Assembly (NCBI GenBank): GCA_032654565.1
Contig: JAULAX010000017.1
Location: 288,001 to 352,000 of the forward strand
Reading direction: 5' to 3'
DNA from: Anaeromyxobacteraceae bacterium
Lineage (GTDB): Bacteria > Myxococcota > Myxococcia > Myxococcales > Anaeromyxobacteraceae
Length of the DNA stretch: 64,000 bases
Part shown: piece by piece, positions 21,457 through 31,004 of the stretch
How positions within the stretch are numbered: the first letter of the stretch is position 1
How the letters are laid out: every line of letters begins with the position of its first letter
The notes under the pieces: generated by a model
Told to the model about the DNA's origin: nothing
What the model saw: only the letters and a program-made list of their open reading frames with translations
Database searches by the model: none
Position numbers and translations under genes: made by a program

Positions 21457-23196
21457 TCACGGGGCGCGCGCCACCCGGGTCCCCTGCTGGGCGGCGAAGC
21501 CCACCACCGCCCGGGCCACCGCCCCGGCCACCTCGTCCTGGTACTTCGCCGAGGCCAGCCGCTGCTCCTCGCGCCGGTTGGAGATGAAGGCGGTCTCCAC
21601 CAGCACCGCCGGCATCCGGGCCCCCACCAGCACGTAGAAGAGCGCGCTCTTGACGCCCAGGTCCTGGACCTCGCCCACCTTCTCACGCACCGCCCCGGTG
21701 ATCTCGCGCTGGACCTGCTGGGCGAGCCGTCGGCTGGCGTCGGTGGCGGTGCGGGCGTCGAGGTCGGTGAGGATGCGCCGGGCGTCCAGGGCGGCGGTCT
21801 CCTGGTCGGGGTCGACGCCGTTCTCGCGGGCCGCCAGCCGGTTGGCGTAGCGGTCGTCGGCGACGTTGAGCACCCAGGTCTCCACCCCGGCCAGGCTGCG
21901 GCGCGGGTTGGCGTTGGCGTGGATGGAGACGAAGAGGTCGCCGCGCCGGGCGTTGGCGATGGCGGTCCGCTCCTCGAGCGCCACGTAGCGGTCGTCGCTG
22001 CGGGTCATCACCACCTCGAAGCCGGCCTGCCGCAGCCGCTGTGCCAGCCGGTTGGAGATGGCCAGGGTGACGTCCTTCTCGCGGACGCCGCTGGGGCCGA
22101 TGGCCCCGGGGTCGAGGCCGCCGTGGCCGGCGTCGACGACGATCCGCTTCACCGGGCGTGACCCGCTCCCCTCCTCGTCGCCGGGCGGCGGGCCCATGAC
22201 CGGCTCGCTCGGCCTGGACGGCGACGGCGGCGCGGCCATCGACGGCCCCCGGGCGCTGCCGCGGGCCTCGCGCTCCGCCAGCCGGGTCCCCACGTCGACG
22301 ATGAGCCGCGGCGGGTCGTCCATCCGGTAGAAGTGGACGTCGTCGCGCCCGGGCAGGTCGAGCACCACCCGGACCGTCTCGTGATCACGCTGCGCCGTCC
22401 GCACCCGGTCGATCTGCTCCCCCTCCACGCTTCTGGCCTGCGCCGAGCCCTCCAGCCGCGCCGGGCGGAAGTCGAGCGCCAGCCGCCGCGGGGCCCCGCC
22501 GGCCGCCGGCAGCTCGAACTTCTGCCAGCCCACCCAGTGGTCGAGCGAGATGGCCACCCGGGTGTAGTCCTCGCTGGCCCAGGACCGCACCTCGCCGATG
22601 CTGGCGGCGCCGGCGCCGTTGGAGGCGCCCAGCTTCAGCTCGGGCGGCGCCTTGAGGTCGGCCACCGCCGCCTCCAGCTCGGGCTCGGCGGCCGGCTCCA
22701 GCTCGGGCCTGGACGGCGGCGGCGGCGGGGCCTGGGCGGTGCGCGGCTCGGCGCCACGGACCGGCGCCGCGGCCACGGCCGGCTTCTCCTTGCGCGGGGC
22801 CGGCGCCGGGTGATCGTCACCCGCCTCGCGGCGCATGGCGGCGGCGAACCGGGCGGCGTCGCGGGCCCCCAGCTTCTCGGCCCGCCGGGCCAGGCGCAGG
22901 GCGGCGTCGCGGTCGGCCTCGTTGGCCGACCAGCGGTAGAGGGCGTAGCGGGCCCGGGCCGCCTCCAGCGTGGCGGCCGGGGCGCTGGGGCCGACGGCGG
23001 CGTCGAGCAGGGCCTTGATGGCCTTCTCCCAGTGGTGGTGGTAGCGCCGCCGGACCGGGTCGCGCATCAGGCTCTTCAGCTGGGCCCGGGCCACCTCCAG
23101 CCGGGCGCTGGCCGCGGGCGGGTGGGCCGCCGGCCGGGCCGCCGGCGCGGGGGCCGCCAGCATCACCGAGAGCAGCAGGGGGAGGACGGCACCCAT
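21457..23196 (-). CDS. amiC: N-acetylmuramoyl-L-alanine amidase with AMIN domain
   Basis: Signal peptide, PPRLIVDV, VVDAGHGG, EKDVTL, FVSIHAN, AVLVETAFISN. Confidence 0.9.
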   Translation of the reverse strand: MGAVLPLLLSVMLAAPAPAARPAAHPPAASARLEVARAQLKSLMRDPVRRRYHHHWEKAIKALLDAAVGPSAPAATLEAARARYALYRWSANEADRDAALRLARRAEKLGARDAARFAAAMRREAGDDHPAPAPRKEKPAVAAAPVRGAEPRTAQAPPPPPSRPELEPAAEPELEAAVADLKAPPELKLGASNGAGAASIGEVRSWASEDYTRVAISLDHWVGWQKFELPAAGGAPRRLALDFRPARLEGSAQARSVEGEQIDRVRTAQRDHETVRVVLDLPGRDDVHFYRMDDPPRLIVDVGTRLAEREARGSARGPSMAAPPSPSRPSEPVMGPPPGDEEGSGSRPVKRIVVDAGHGGLDPGAIGPSGVREKDVTLAISNRLAQRLRQAGFEVVMTRSDDRYVALEERTAIANARRGDLFVSIHANANPRRSLAGVETWVLNVADDRYANRLAARENGVDPDQETAALDARRILTDLDARTATDASRRLAQQVQREITGAVREKVGEVQDLGVKSALFYVLVGARMPAVLVETAFISNRREEQRLASAKYQDEVAGAVARAVVGFAAQQGTRVARAP

Positions 23197-23285
23197 TCTG
23201 GGCGACTGTCCCCCCGGTCGATATCGCCGTCCACTTTTCGGCGGGCGGCGGCGGTATCATCCCCGCTCCTTCCAGGAGGTCCGAC

Positions 23286-23951
23286 ATGGCGAACGGCAAG
23301 CGGGTTGGCGTGCTCCTCTCCGGCTGCGGGTTCCTCGATGGCGCCGAGATCCACGAGGCCACCTGCACCCTGCTCTCACTCGACCGGCGCGGGGCCACGC
23401 TGCTGGCCATGGCCCCCGACAAGGCGCAGCACCACGTGGTCGACCACCTCGCCCAGCAGCCCCAGGCCGGCGCCAGCCGCAACGTCCTGCAGGAGGCGGC
23501 CCGCATCGTCCGCGGCCAGATCACGCCGCTGGCGAAGGTGAAGGCCGAGGAGCTCGACGCCCTCATCCTCCCGGGCGGCTTCGGCGCGGCCAAGAACCTC
23601 TGCAGCTACGCCTTCGAGGGGGCGGCCATGAAGGTGGACCCCGACGTGGAGCGGCTGGTGCGGGCCATGCGCGCCGCCAAGAAGCCGCTCGGCTTCATCT
23701 GCATCGCCCCGGTGATCGCCGCCCGGCTCTTCGCCGCCGACAAGGTCAAGGTGACCGTCGGCAACGACCCGACCACGGCCGGCCACATCACCTCCTGGGG
23801 GGCGGAGCACGTCGACTGTGCGGTGGACCAGATCGTGGTCGACCAGCGGCTCAAGCTGGTGACCACCCCGGCCTACATGCTGGGACCCTGGATCGCCCCG
23901 GTGGCCGCCGGCATCGAAAAGCTGGTCGGTGCGGTGCTGGAAATGGCCTGA
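23286..23951 (+). CDS. elbB: ElbB/ES1 (DJ-1/PfpI superfamily) glyoxalase
   Basis: LSGCGFLDGAEIHE, PGGFGAAKNL, CIAP, TPAYM. Confidence 0.93.
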   Translation: MANGKRVGVLLSGCGFLDGAEIHEATCTLLSLDRRGATLLAMAPDKAQHHVVDHLAQQPQAGASRNVLQEAARIVRGQITPLAKVKAEELDALILPGGFGAAKNLCSYAFEGAAMKVDPDVERLVRAMRAAKKPLGFICIAPVIAARLFAADKVKVTVGNDPTTAGHITSWGAEHVDCAVDQIVVDQRLKLVTTPAYMLGPWIAPVAAGIEKLVGAVLEMA

Positions 23952-23956
23952 ACCTG

Positions 23957-23980
23957 GGCTTGACCAAGGCTGGTCGAGCC
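23957..23980 (+). terminator. hairpin after elbB, possible terminator
   Basis: GGCTTGACCA-AGGC-TGGTCGAGCC; no U-tract. Confidence 0.35.
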
Positions 23981-24124
23981 AGCCGGCGGGGGTCAATCGC
24001 GACTCAGTCTCAAGGCTGCGACATTCCGTCACTTTTTGCTGGTCATCCGATGAATTCTGGCTAGCATGCGCCGTCCATCCACATGGGCGGGCTGGTCCGC
24101 CCCAGGTTCCCAGGAGCTGGAAAA

Positions 24125-24415
24125 GTGAACAAGATCTTCGCTGGTATCGTCGCCGCTCTCGTCTTCTCCGCCGGCGTCGCGGTCGCCGCCGATGCCCCCG
24201 CCACCATCACCTTCGACACCAAGAACGGCAAGGTCACCTTCGCCCACAAGGAGCACCAGGAGCGGCTGAAGGGCGACTGCACCAAGTGCCACGCCACCAA
24301 GGCGGGCGGCAAGATCGAGGGCTTCAACAAGGACAAGGCTCACGGCCTCTGCAAGAAGTGCCACGAGGCCGAGAAGAAGGGCCCCACCAAGTGCGCCGAG
24401 TGCCACAAGAAGTAG
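24125..24415 (+). CDS. triheme periplasmic cytochrome c7 (PpcA family)
   Basis: Signal peptide, KNGKVTFAHKEH, three CxxCH motifs (CTKCH, CKKCH, CAECH), KGPTKC. GTG start with SD. Confidence 0.93.
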   Translation: MNKIFAGIVAALVFSAGVAVAADAPATITFDTKNGKVTFAHKEHQERLKGDCTKCHATKAGGKIEGFNKDKAHGLCKKCHEAEKKGPTKCAECHKK

Positions 24416-24444
24416 TCGCCTCGCGACTGCCAGCGTGAAGCGCC

Positions 24445-24475
24445 GAGGGGCCGGGAAACCGGCCCCTCTTCATTT
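24445..24475 (+). terminator. intrinsic terminator of the c7 cytochrome gene
   Basis: GAGGGGCCGG-GAAA-CCGGCCCCTC followed by TTCATTT. Confidence 0.8.
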
Positions 24476-24507
24476 GTGGGGCGCGCCCTGAACGGCGCGG
24501 CGCCGCC

Positions 24508-27165
24508 TCAGGGACCCAGCTTCTTCTTCCAGCCGGCCAGCAGGTTGAGGGCGTCGAGCGGCCGCAGCGAGTCCATGTCGAGCGCGGCCAGCTCGGCGCG
24601 CAGCGCGGCGAGCGCCGGGTCGGGCGCCGCCTGGAAGAGCCCGAGCTGACTCCCCGCCCCCGCCGCCGCGCCCCTCCCCTTCACCGGGCGGCCCCGCGCC
24701 AGCTGCGGGTGGCCGGCCTCGTCCAGCTCCATGGCCTCGAGGTTCTTCAGGACCTCACGCGCCCGGGCCAGCACCTCGGCGGGTAGCCCGGCCAGCCGGG
24801 CCACCTCGATGCCGTAGCTGCGCGAGGCGCCGCCGGCCACCAGCTTGCGCAGGAAGACCACCTGGTCGCCCACCTCCCGCACCGAGATGGAGACGTTCTT
24901 CACCCGCGGCCGCTCCCGGACAAGCTCCTGCAGCTCGTGGTAGTGGGTGGCGAAGAGGGTCCGGCAGCCGAGCCGGTCGTGCAGGTGCTCGGCCACCGCC
25001 CAGGCCAGCGAGACCCCGTCGAAGGTGGAGGTGCCCCGGCCGATCTCGTCGAGGATCACCAGCGAGCGGCGGGTGGCGTTGTGGAGGATGGCGGCGGTCT
25101 CGGTCATCTCCACCATGAAGGTGGACCGGCCGCGGGCCAGGTCGTCGGAGGCGCCGACCCGGGTGAAGATCCGGTCGGCCAGCCCCACCCGGGCGCGGCG
25201 AGCCGGCACGAAGCTGCCCACCTGCGCCAGCAGCGTCGCCAGCGCCGCCTGCCGCATGATGGTGCTCTTGCCGGACATGTTGGGGCCGGTGATCACCAGC
25301 AGCGAGCCGTGGCGCGCCGAGGCCGCCTCGCCCGACGAGCTGACCGCCACGTCGTTGGGGACGAAGCCGCCGGAGTCGGCCGGCAGCATGGCCTCGACCA
25401 CCGGGTGGCGGGCGTCGGTCAGCTCCAGGGTCTCCGAGTCGTCCACCTCCGGCCGGCAGTAGCCCTTCTCGGCGGCCACCTCGGCCAGCGACCGCAGCAC
25501 GTCGGCCTGCGCCACCGCCTGGGCGGCGGTCCGCAGCCGCGCCCCCTCGGCCACCACCTGGAGCCGCAGCGCCTCGAAGAGCTGCTGCTCCAGGGCGCCG
25601 CGCCGCTCCTCGGCGGTCAGCACCTTCTCCTCGAACCCCTTGAGCGCCTCGGTGACGTAGCGCTCGCCGCCCACCGTGGTCTGGCGCCGCTGGTAGTCGG
25701 CGGGCACGGCGTGGAGGTTGGCCTTGGTGACCTCGATGAAGTAGCCGAAGACCTTGTTGTAGCGGACCTTGAGCGAGGCGATCCCGGTGCGGGCCTTCTC
25801 CTCGGCCTCGAGCCGGGCGATCCAGCCCTTGCCGTCCTCGGAGATGGTGATCAGCTCGTCGAGCTCGGCCGAGTGGCCGCGGCGGATCAGGCCCCCCTCG
25901 GTGAGCGTGGCCGGCGGCTCCAGGGCCACCGCGGCGTCGAGCGCGGCGGCCAGCGGCTCCAGGCCGCGCAGCCCGGCCCCGGCCGCCTTCAGCAGCGGCG
26001 CGGCGCGAGCCTCCAGCAGCGCCGCCAGCGCCGGCAGCGCCAGCAGCGCCCCGCACAGGGCGCGCAGGTCGCGGGCATTCCCCTGCCGCAGGGTCAGGCG
26101 CGAGACCAGCCGCTCCACGTCGGCCACCGGCTTGAGCGCCTGGCCGAGGTCGCCGCGCCCCACCGCCGAGCCGAAGAGCTCCTCGACGGCGTCGAGCCGG
26201 GCCTGGATGGGCGCCACCTCGCAGAGCGGGTAGCGCAGCCACTCGGCCAGCAGCCGCGCCCCCGGCGCCGTCGCCGTCCGGTCGAGCTGGGCCAGCAGCG
26301 TGCCGGACTTCCTGCCCCCCTGCAGGCTCCGCTCGATCTCCAGGTTGGCCCGGGTGGCCTCGTCGATGAGCAGCACGCCCTCGGTGGCCAGGCGGGAGAG
26401 CCGGTCGACGTGGCTGGCCGGGGCCCGCTGGGTCTCTGCGAGGTAGGCGAGCGCCGCCGCCGCCGCCCCCAGGCCCAGCGTCAGCCCGGCCACGCCGTAG
26501 CCGTCGAGCGAAGGGACGCCGAGGTGGCGCTTCAGCCGGGCCTCGCCCCGCTCGAACTCGGCGTCGTCGCGAAGCGCAAAGGGCGCCCCGGCCGCGGCCG
26601 CCACCGCCCGGACCCGCTCGAGCGGCGCGGCCCGGGGGAAGAGCAGCTCGCGGGCCCCGGCCCGGCGCAGCTCGTCGACGAGGCGGGCGTCGGAGTCGAG
26701 CTCGCCGCAGCGCAGCTGGCCGGTGGTGGTCTCCAGCAGCGCCAGCCCCACGTCGGCCTCGCCGAAGGTGACGGCGGCCAGGCAGACGGTCTCGCCCGGC
26801 TCGATGGTCTGGTCGTCGAAGACGGTGCCCGGGGTGATGACCCGGGTGACGTCGCGCTTCACCAGCGTGCCGGCGCTGGGGGTCTCGACCTGGTCGCAGA
26901 TGGCCACCTTCAAGCCGGCGGCCAGCAGCCGGGCCACGTGGCCGCGGGCCGCGTGCCAGGGCACGCCGCACATGGGGACCTTCTCGTCCCCCTTGGCGCG
27001 GGCGGTGAGCGTGATCTGCAGGACGCGCGAGGCGGTGACGGCGTCCTCGAAGAACATCTCGTAGAAGTCGCCGAGCCGGAAGAAGAGGATGGTGTCGGGG
27101 TACCTCTCCTTCAGCTCGAGGTACTGCCGCATCATCGGCGTGGGCGCCGCCGCGATCTCCGCCAT
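24508..27165 (-). CDS. mutS: DNA mismatch repair protein MutS
   Basis: TPMMRQY, GDFYEMF, TGPNMSGKST, STFMVEM, DEIGRGT. Confidence 0.98.
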   Translation of the reverse strand: MAEIAAAPTPMMRQYLELKERYPDTILFFRLGDFYEMFFEDAVTASRVLQITLTARAKGDEKVPMCGVPWHAARGHVARLLAAGLKVAICDQVETPSAGTLVKRDVTRVITPGTVFDDQTIEPGETVCLAAVTFGEADVGLALLETTTGQLRCGELDSDARLVDELRRAGARELLFPRAAPLERVRAVAAAAGAPFALRDDAEFERGEARLKRHLGVPSLDGYGVAGLTLGLGAAAAALAYLAETQRAPASHVDRLSRLATEGVLLIDEATRANLEIERSLQGGRKSGTLLAQLDRTATAPGARLLAEWLRYPLCEVAPIQARLDAVEELFGSAVGRGDLGQALKPVADVERLVSRLTLRQGNARDLRALCGALLALPALAALLEARAAPLLKAAGAGLRGLEPLAAALDAAVALEPPATLTEGGLIRRGHSAELDELITISEDGKGWIARLEAEEKARTGIASLKVRYNKVFGYFIEVTKANLHAVPADYQRRQTTVGGERYVTEALKGFEEKVLTAEERRGALEQQLFEALRLQVVAEGARLRTAAQAVAQADVLRSLAEVAAEKGYCRPEVDDSETLELTDARHPVVEAMLPADSGGFVPNDVAVSSSGEAASARHGSLLVITGPNMSGKSTIMRQAALATLLAQVGSFVPARRARVGLADRIFTRVGASDDLARGRSTFMVEMTETAAILHNATRRSLVILDEIGRGTSTFDGVSLAWAVAEHLHDRLGCRTLFATHYHELQELVRERPRVKNVSISVREVGDQVVFLRKLVAGGASRSYGIEVARLAGLPAEVLARAREVLKNLEAMELDEAGHPQLARGRPVKGRGAAAGAGSQLGLFQAAPDPALAALRAELAALDMDSLRPLDALNLLAGWKKKLGP

Positions 27166-27252
27166 GGGTGAGCGGTTGTACCGTGAAGGGGCACCAGGGG
27201 CCAGCGTCAGCAGGCGCTCTGGTCTTCGAGCTGCGACCTGCCTGCGGTTTGG

Positions 27253-27558
27253 TCAGGGCTTGACCGGGCAGCGGTAGGCGGTCCCGGTCCAGACCTCGGT
27301 GTGTGCGCCGGCCCGCCCGGTCTTGGCCTTGATGATCCGGACGTGGGTCGCGCCCAGACCGCCTGCGGCACGGAGGGCGTCCTGGCGGGCGGCCTCGACA
27401 TCCGGGAGATGCTGGGCGTCCCTCCCCTCCACCTCGCCGAGCGCCTGGCAGTCGGCCGGTGGATCCTGCTCCAGCAGCGCAGGCCGGGTTCTCGCGTGCG
27501 TGCTGGCGCAGCCGGCGACCGCCATCGAGAGGACGATCAACCCCGTGCGTCGACGCAT
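27253..27558 (-). CDS. small lipoprotein, DUF4156-like
   Basis: SD AGGAGG, lipobox VAG-C, CQALGEV...AGGLGATHV...GTAYRC. Confidence 0.75.
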   Translation of the reverse strand: MRRRTGLIVLSMAVAGCASTHARTRPALLEQDPPADCQALGEVEGRDAQHLPDVEAARQDALRAAGGLGATHVRIIKAKTGRAGAHTEVWTGTAYRCPVKP

Positions 27559-27937
27559 GACCAGCCTCCTTTCACTCCTTGGCTGCAAGGACCACGAGTG
27601 CGAGCAGACGCCCCGCGATCTGGATTGACAAGATCCCCGGATGGGGCGCCACGATGGAGCCGGCCGCCCCGCCAGCCGGGGGAGGCCCGCGCCGAGCCAC
27701 GGTGCCCGCGAGGCGGCCGAGGCGGTGGCTCCTGGTGGTGGATGGTGCTGAGCCCAGGTGCAGGTGGCAGCCGTCGCGAAGCTCGGATCTGATGACCCCG
27801 AGGCCGCGCGATGCCTCCTGCCCCTGAGCCTGTCCCCTGATCACGGGGTAGCCTTTTTGTCACATCCACAGGCCACTCCGGTCTATGCGTGAACGAGGTT
27901 CGATGTCGTTGTCCTCCTTCACCGTCGAGGTGTACTC

Positions 27938-28585
27938 ATGTTGAAGTCCTCTGGTCGCATGCCGCTCGCTGCCGTCGGTGCCGGACTGCTGCTCCTGGTT
28001 GGCTGCGCAGGATCGAAGGGGGCCGACGGCGCCGCCGGTCCGACCGGGCCACAGGGGGTACAGGGCGTCGCTGGCCCCACCGGGCCCACCGGCCCCGCTG
28101 GACTCACTGGCCCTGCCGGACCCGCTGGCCCGCAGGGCATCGCTGGTCCCACCGGCCCCACCGGCGCCACTGGCGCCACCGGACCCCAGGGGCCCGCCGG
28201 CCCGGTCGACACCACCGCGCTCATGTCCCGGGTCGCGGTCTCGGGCCAGATCCTGAGCGGTCACATGGCCGTCGACTATGGCACCAACGCCGGCGGCTGG
28301 GGCGTCCACGGCGTGGCCTGGCCCATCGCCTTGCCCGTCGGCACGCCGGTCCCGGCCATCGAGTACACCGCCACCACCTCGGCCAACTGCCCCGGCGTCG
28401 GCCAGGTCGTCCCGGCCGGTCGAATCTGCATCTACGGACTTGGCAACAGCAACTTCGCCAACCTCAGCGGTGGCGGAGGCAACACGACCGCCTCGATCCG
28501 CTATGGCTTCTCGCTCGACGTGTTCTTCACGAACGCGGCGGCCAAGGGCTGGCTGTTCGCCAACTGGGCCTACAAGGTCCCCTGA
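27938..28585 (+). CDS. collagen-like lipoprotein
   Basis: Lipobox LVG-C, 22 consecutive Gly-X-Y triplets, globular C-terminal domain containing two Cys. Confidence 0.88.
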   Translation: MLKSSGRMPLAAVGAGLLLLVGCAGSKGADGAAGPTGPQGVQGVAGPTGPTGPAGLTGPAGPAGPQGIAGPTGPTGATGATGPQGPAGPVDTTALMSRVAVSGQILSGHMAVDYGTNAGGWGVHGVAWPIALPVGTPVPAIEYTATTSANCPGVGQVVPAGRICIYGLGNSNFANLSGGGGNTTASIRYGFSLDVFFTNAAAKGWLFANWAYKVP

Positions 28586-28661
28586 GCCGTCCTGCTGACA
28601 TCGTCGTCCGGCTGGACGTCACGATCTCGCCATGCCGAGATCGCCAGGAGGTCGAGCGCTC

Positions 28662-29195
28662 GTGAGGAGCACTGCCCCGACGTCCAGCTGGCGAGGCAGC
28701 CCGCTCGCCATCGTCCTCCTCGCCGCATTGGTGGCGGCGCTGGTGTCCGTTGTCACCGTCCGGCTGGCCGTGCCGCAGCCGGCGGTGGTGGCGGGCAGCG
28801 CGGCGGCGTCGGACGAAGCGCTGCTGCGGGAGGTGGCCGACCTGCGGCGGGAGCTGACGCAGCTCCGCTTCGCCGTCCAGCTCTCGGCTGCCACCAACCC
28901 GAACCCGGGGGCCCTTCCACCCCCGGGCGGGCTGCCCGACCCGGCGCCGGAGCCTCCGCCCACGCCGCGTGTCGCCGCTGCGCCCTCCGATCGGCCCCCC
29001 GACCCGGCCCGCCGCTACGAGCGCTTCGACGTCCCCACCAGCGCCGTCACGGTCCGCCAGGGCTCCGGCGGCGACCTGGTGATCTGGAGCACCGATCCTG
29101 CGCTGGCCGGGCAGGTGATCGAGGTCCGGGCCTGGACCTCCGACGCCACCCCGCACCTGCTCCGCCTCACCGTCCCGCCCGTCGAGGGGCGCTGA
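28662..29195 (+). CDS. hypothetical membrane-anchored protein
   Basis: GTG after AGGAGG; N-terminal TM helix, short coiled coil, Pro-rich linker, beta-rich tail. Confidence 0.6.
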   Translation: MRSTAPTSSWRGSPLAIVLLAALVAALVSVVTVRLAVPQPAVVAGSAAASDEALLREVADLRRELTQLRFAVQLSAATNPNPGALPPPGGLPDPAPEPPPTPRVAAAPSDRPPDPARRYERFDVPTSAVTVRQGSGGDLVIWSTDPALAGQVIEVRAWTSDATPHLLRLTVPPVEGR

Positions 29196-29252
29196 CCGGA
29201 CGCTCCCCTTCGCGGTGCGCCCATCCACCCTGGGGTGATACGCTCGGCGGCC

Positions 29253-31004
29253 ATGCTCCGCGAGGCGTTCCAGGACCTGAACCGGCTCCGCCAGATCGCC
29301 ACCGCGGTGGTCCGCCACGGCTTCGGCGCCTACCTGGCGCGCAGCCGGCTGGCCGACCAGCTGGGCGGCACCCCGCCGGTGGCCGGCGCCCCCGACGACG
29401 GCAGCCGCTCCACCGCCGCCCGCTTCCGCGAGTTGCTCTCCGAGCTCGGCCCCACCTTCACCAAGCTCGGCCAGCTCCTCTCCACCCGGCGCGACGTGCT
29501 TCCGGCCGCCTGGATCGCCGAGCTGGAGAAGCTGCAGGACGACTGCCCGCCCCTGCCCATCGCCGAGGTCCGCCTGGCCCTGGAGCAGGGGCTGGGCCGG
29601 CCCATCGAGGCGGTCTTCGCCGAGCTCGACCCGGTGCCGCTGGCCAGCGCCTCCATCGCCCAGGTCCACCGCGCCCGCACCCACGCCGGCGAGCTGGTGG
29701 TGGTCAAGGTGCAGCGCCCCGACATCCGTTCCCGCATCGACGCCGACCTGGCCCTGCTCCAGTACCTGGCCAGGGTGCTGGAGGCGGTCATCGAGGAGAC
29801 CGGCGTCTACACCCCCACCGCGGTGATCGAGGAGTTCGACCGGACCATCCACGAGGAGCTCGACTTCGAGAACGAGGCCCGCAACGCCCGGGCCATGCGC
29901 GCCGCCAACGAGGGGCGCGACCAGGTGGTGATCCCGCGGGTCCACGACGCCCTCTCCTCCAGCCAGGTGCTCACCCTCGACTACATCGAGGGGACCCGGC
30001 TCAACGACGTCACCCCGGCGGGCGGCTTCGACCTGGAGCGGATCGCCCGCAACATCATCGAGATGTCCTTCCGGCAGCTCTTCCACGACGGGCTCTTCCA
30101 CGGCGATCCCCACCCGGGGAACATCCTGGTCCTCCCCGGAAACCGGCTGGCGCTGCTCGACTTCGGGCTGGTGGGGCGGCTCGGCCGGACCCAGCAGGAG
30201 CTGCTGGTGACGCTGATCGTGGCGGTGGCGCTGCGCGACCCCGACTCGATGGCCCGGCTGCTCGACAAGATCGGCCTCCCCGACTCGCGCGGCCCCGTCG
30301 GCGGCCTGCGCGGCGACATCGGCGAGATCCTCGACCGCTACCTCGGGCTGCGGCTCGACGAGATCCGGACCGCCACGCTGCTGGGTGACCTGCTCGACCT
30401 GGCCGTGCGCCACCGCATCAAGGTCCCCAAGGAGTACGCGGTGCTGGCCAAGGCCTCCATGACCGTGGAGGGGATCATCCGCCGGCTCTACCCCCGGCTC
30501 GACATCCTCGAGATCGGGCTCCCGTACGCCCGCGAGCTGCTGCTGGCCCGCTTCAGCCCGGAGGACGCCTCGGGCACCTTGATGCGCAGCCTGCTGCGGC
30601 TGCAGGGGCTGGCCGAGGACGTGCCCCACCAGCTCCAGCAGATCCTGGCCGACCTCGAGGGCGGCAAGCTGCGGGTCAACGTCCGCTCGGCCGACGTCGA
30701 GGCCATCGGCGAGCAGGTGCGGGCGGTGGGGACGCTGCTCTTCCTCGGCCTGCTGGCGGCGTCGCTGACCGTGGGCGGGCTGATCATCGTGGCCTTCCGC
30801 CCCTCCACGCTCCCCGGGCTGGTGGCGCTCGGCGTCGGCACGCTGGTGGCGGGCTTCGCCCTCACCCTCCACCTGGCCCCGTTCCGGCTCCGCAAGATCT
30901 CGATCCGGCGGTTCATCCCTCGCGGGCCGTCAGCACCACCAGGCTCCCCAGCCACCAGAGCTCCAGCCCCGCCGACGCCGTCGTCACCAGCGCCGCCAGC
31001 ATGA
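29253..31004 (+). CDS. ABC1/UbiB (AarF) atypical kinase
   Basis: LGPTFTKLGQ, ASASIAQVH, VVKVQRP, HGDPHPGN, LDFG, two C-terminal TM helices. Confidence 0.93.
   Translation: MLREAFQDLNRLRQIATAVVRHGFGAYLARSRLADQLGGTPPVAGAPDDGSRSTAARFRELLSELGPTFTKLGQLLSTRRDVLPAAWIAELEKLQDDCPPLPIAEVRLALEQGLGRPIEAVFAELDPVPLASASIAQVHRARTHAGELVVVKVQRPDIRSRIDADLALLQYLARVLEAVIEETGVYTPTAVIEEFDRTIHEELDFENEARNARAMRAANEGRDQVVIPRVHDALSSSQVLTLDYIEGTRLNDVTPAGGFDLERIARNIIEMSFRQLFHDGLFHGDPHPGNILVLPGNRLALLDFGLVGRLGRTQQELLVTLIVAVALRDPDSMARLLDKIGLPDSRGPVGGLRGDIGEILDRYLGLRLDEIRTATLLGDLLDLAVRHRIKVPKEYAVLAKASMTVEGIIRRLYPRLDILEIGLPYARELLLARFSPEDASGTLMRSLLRLQGLAEDVPHQLQQILADLEGGKLRVNVRSADVEAIGEQVRAVGTLLFLGLLAASLTVGGLIIVAFRPSTLPGLVALGVGTLVAGFALTLHLAPFRLRKISIRRFIPRGPSAPPGSPATRAPAPPTPSSPAPPA

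Noticed and set aside
27654..27827. Short ORF with a receiver-like WLLVVDG segment
   Set aside because: No SD and no further receiver motifs; cannot be distinguished from chance.
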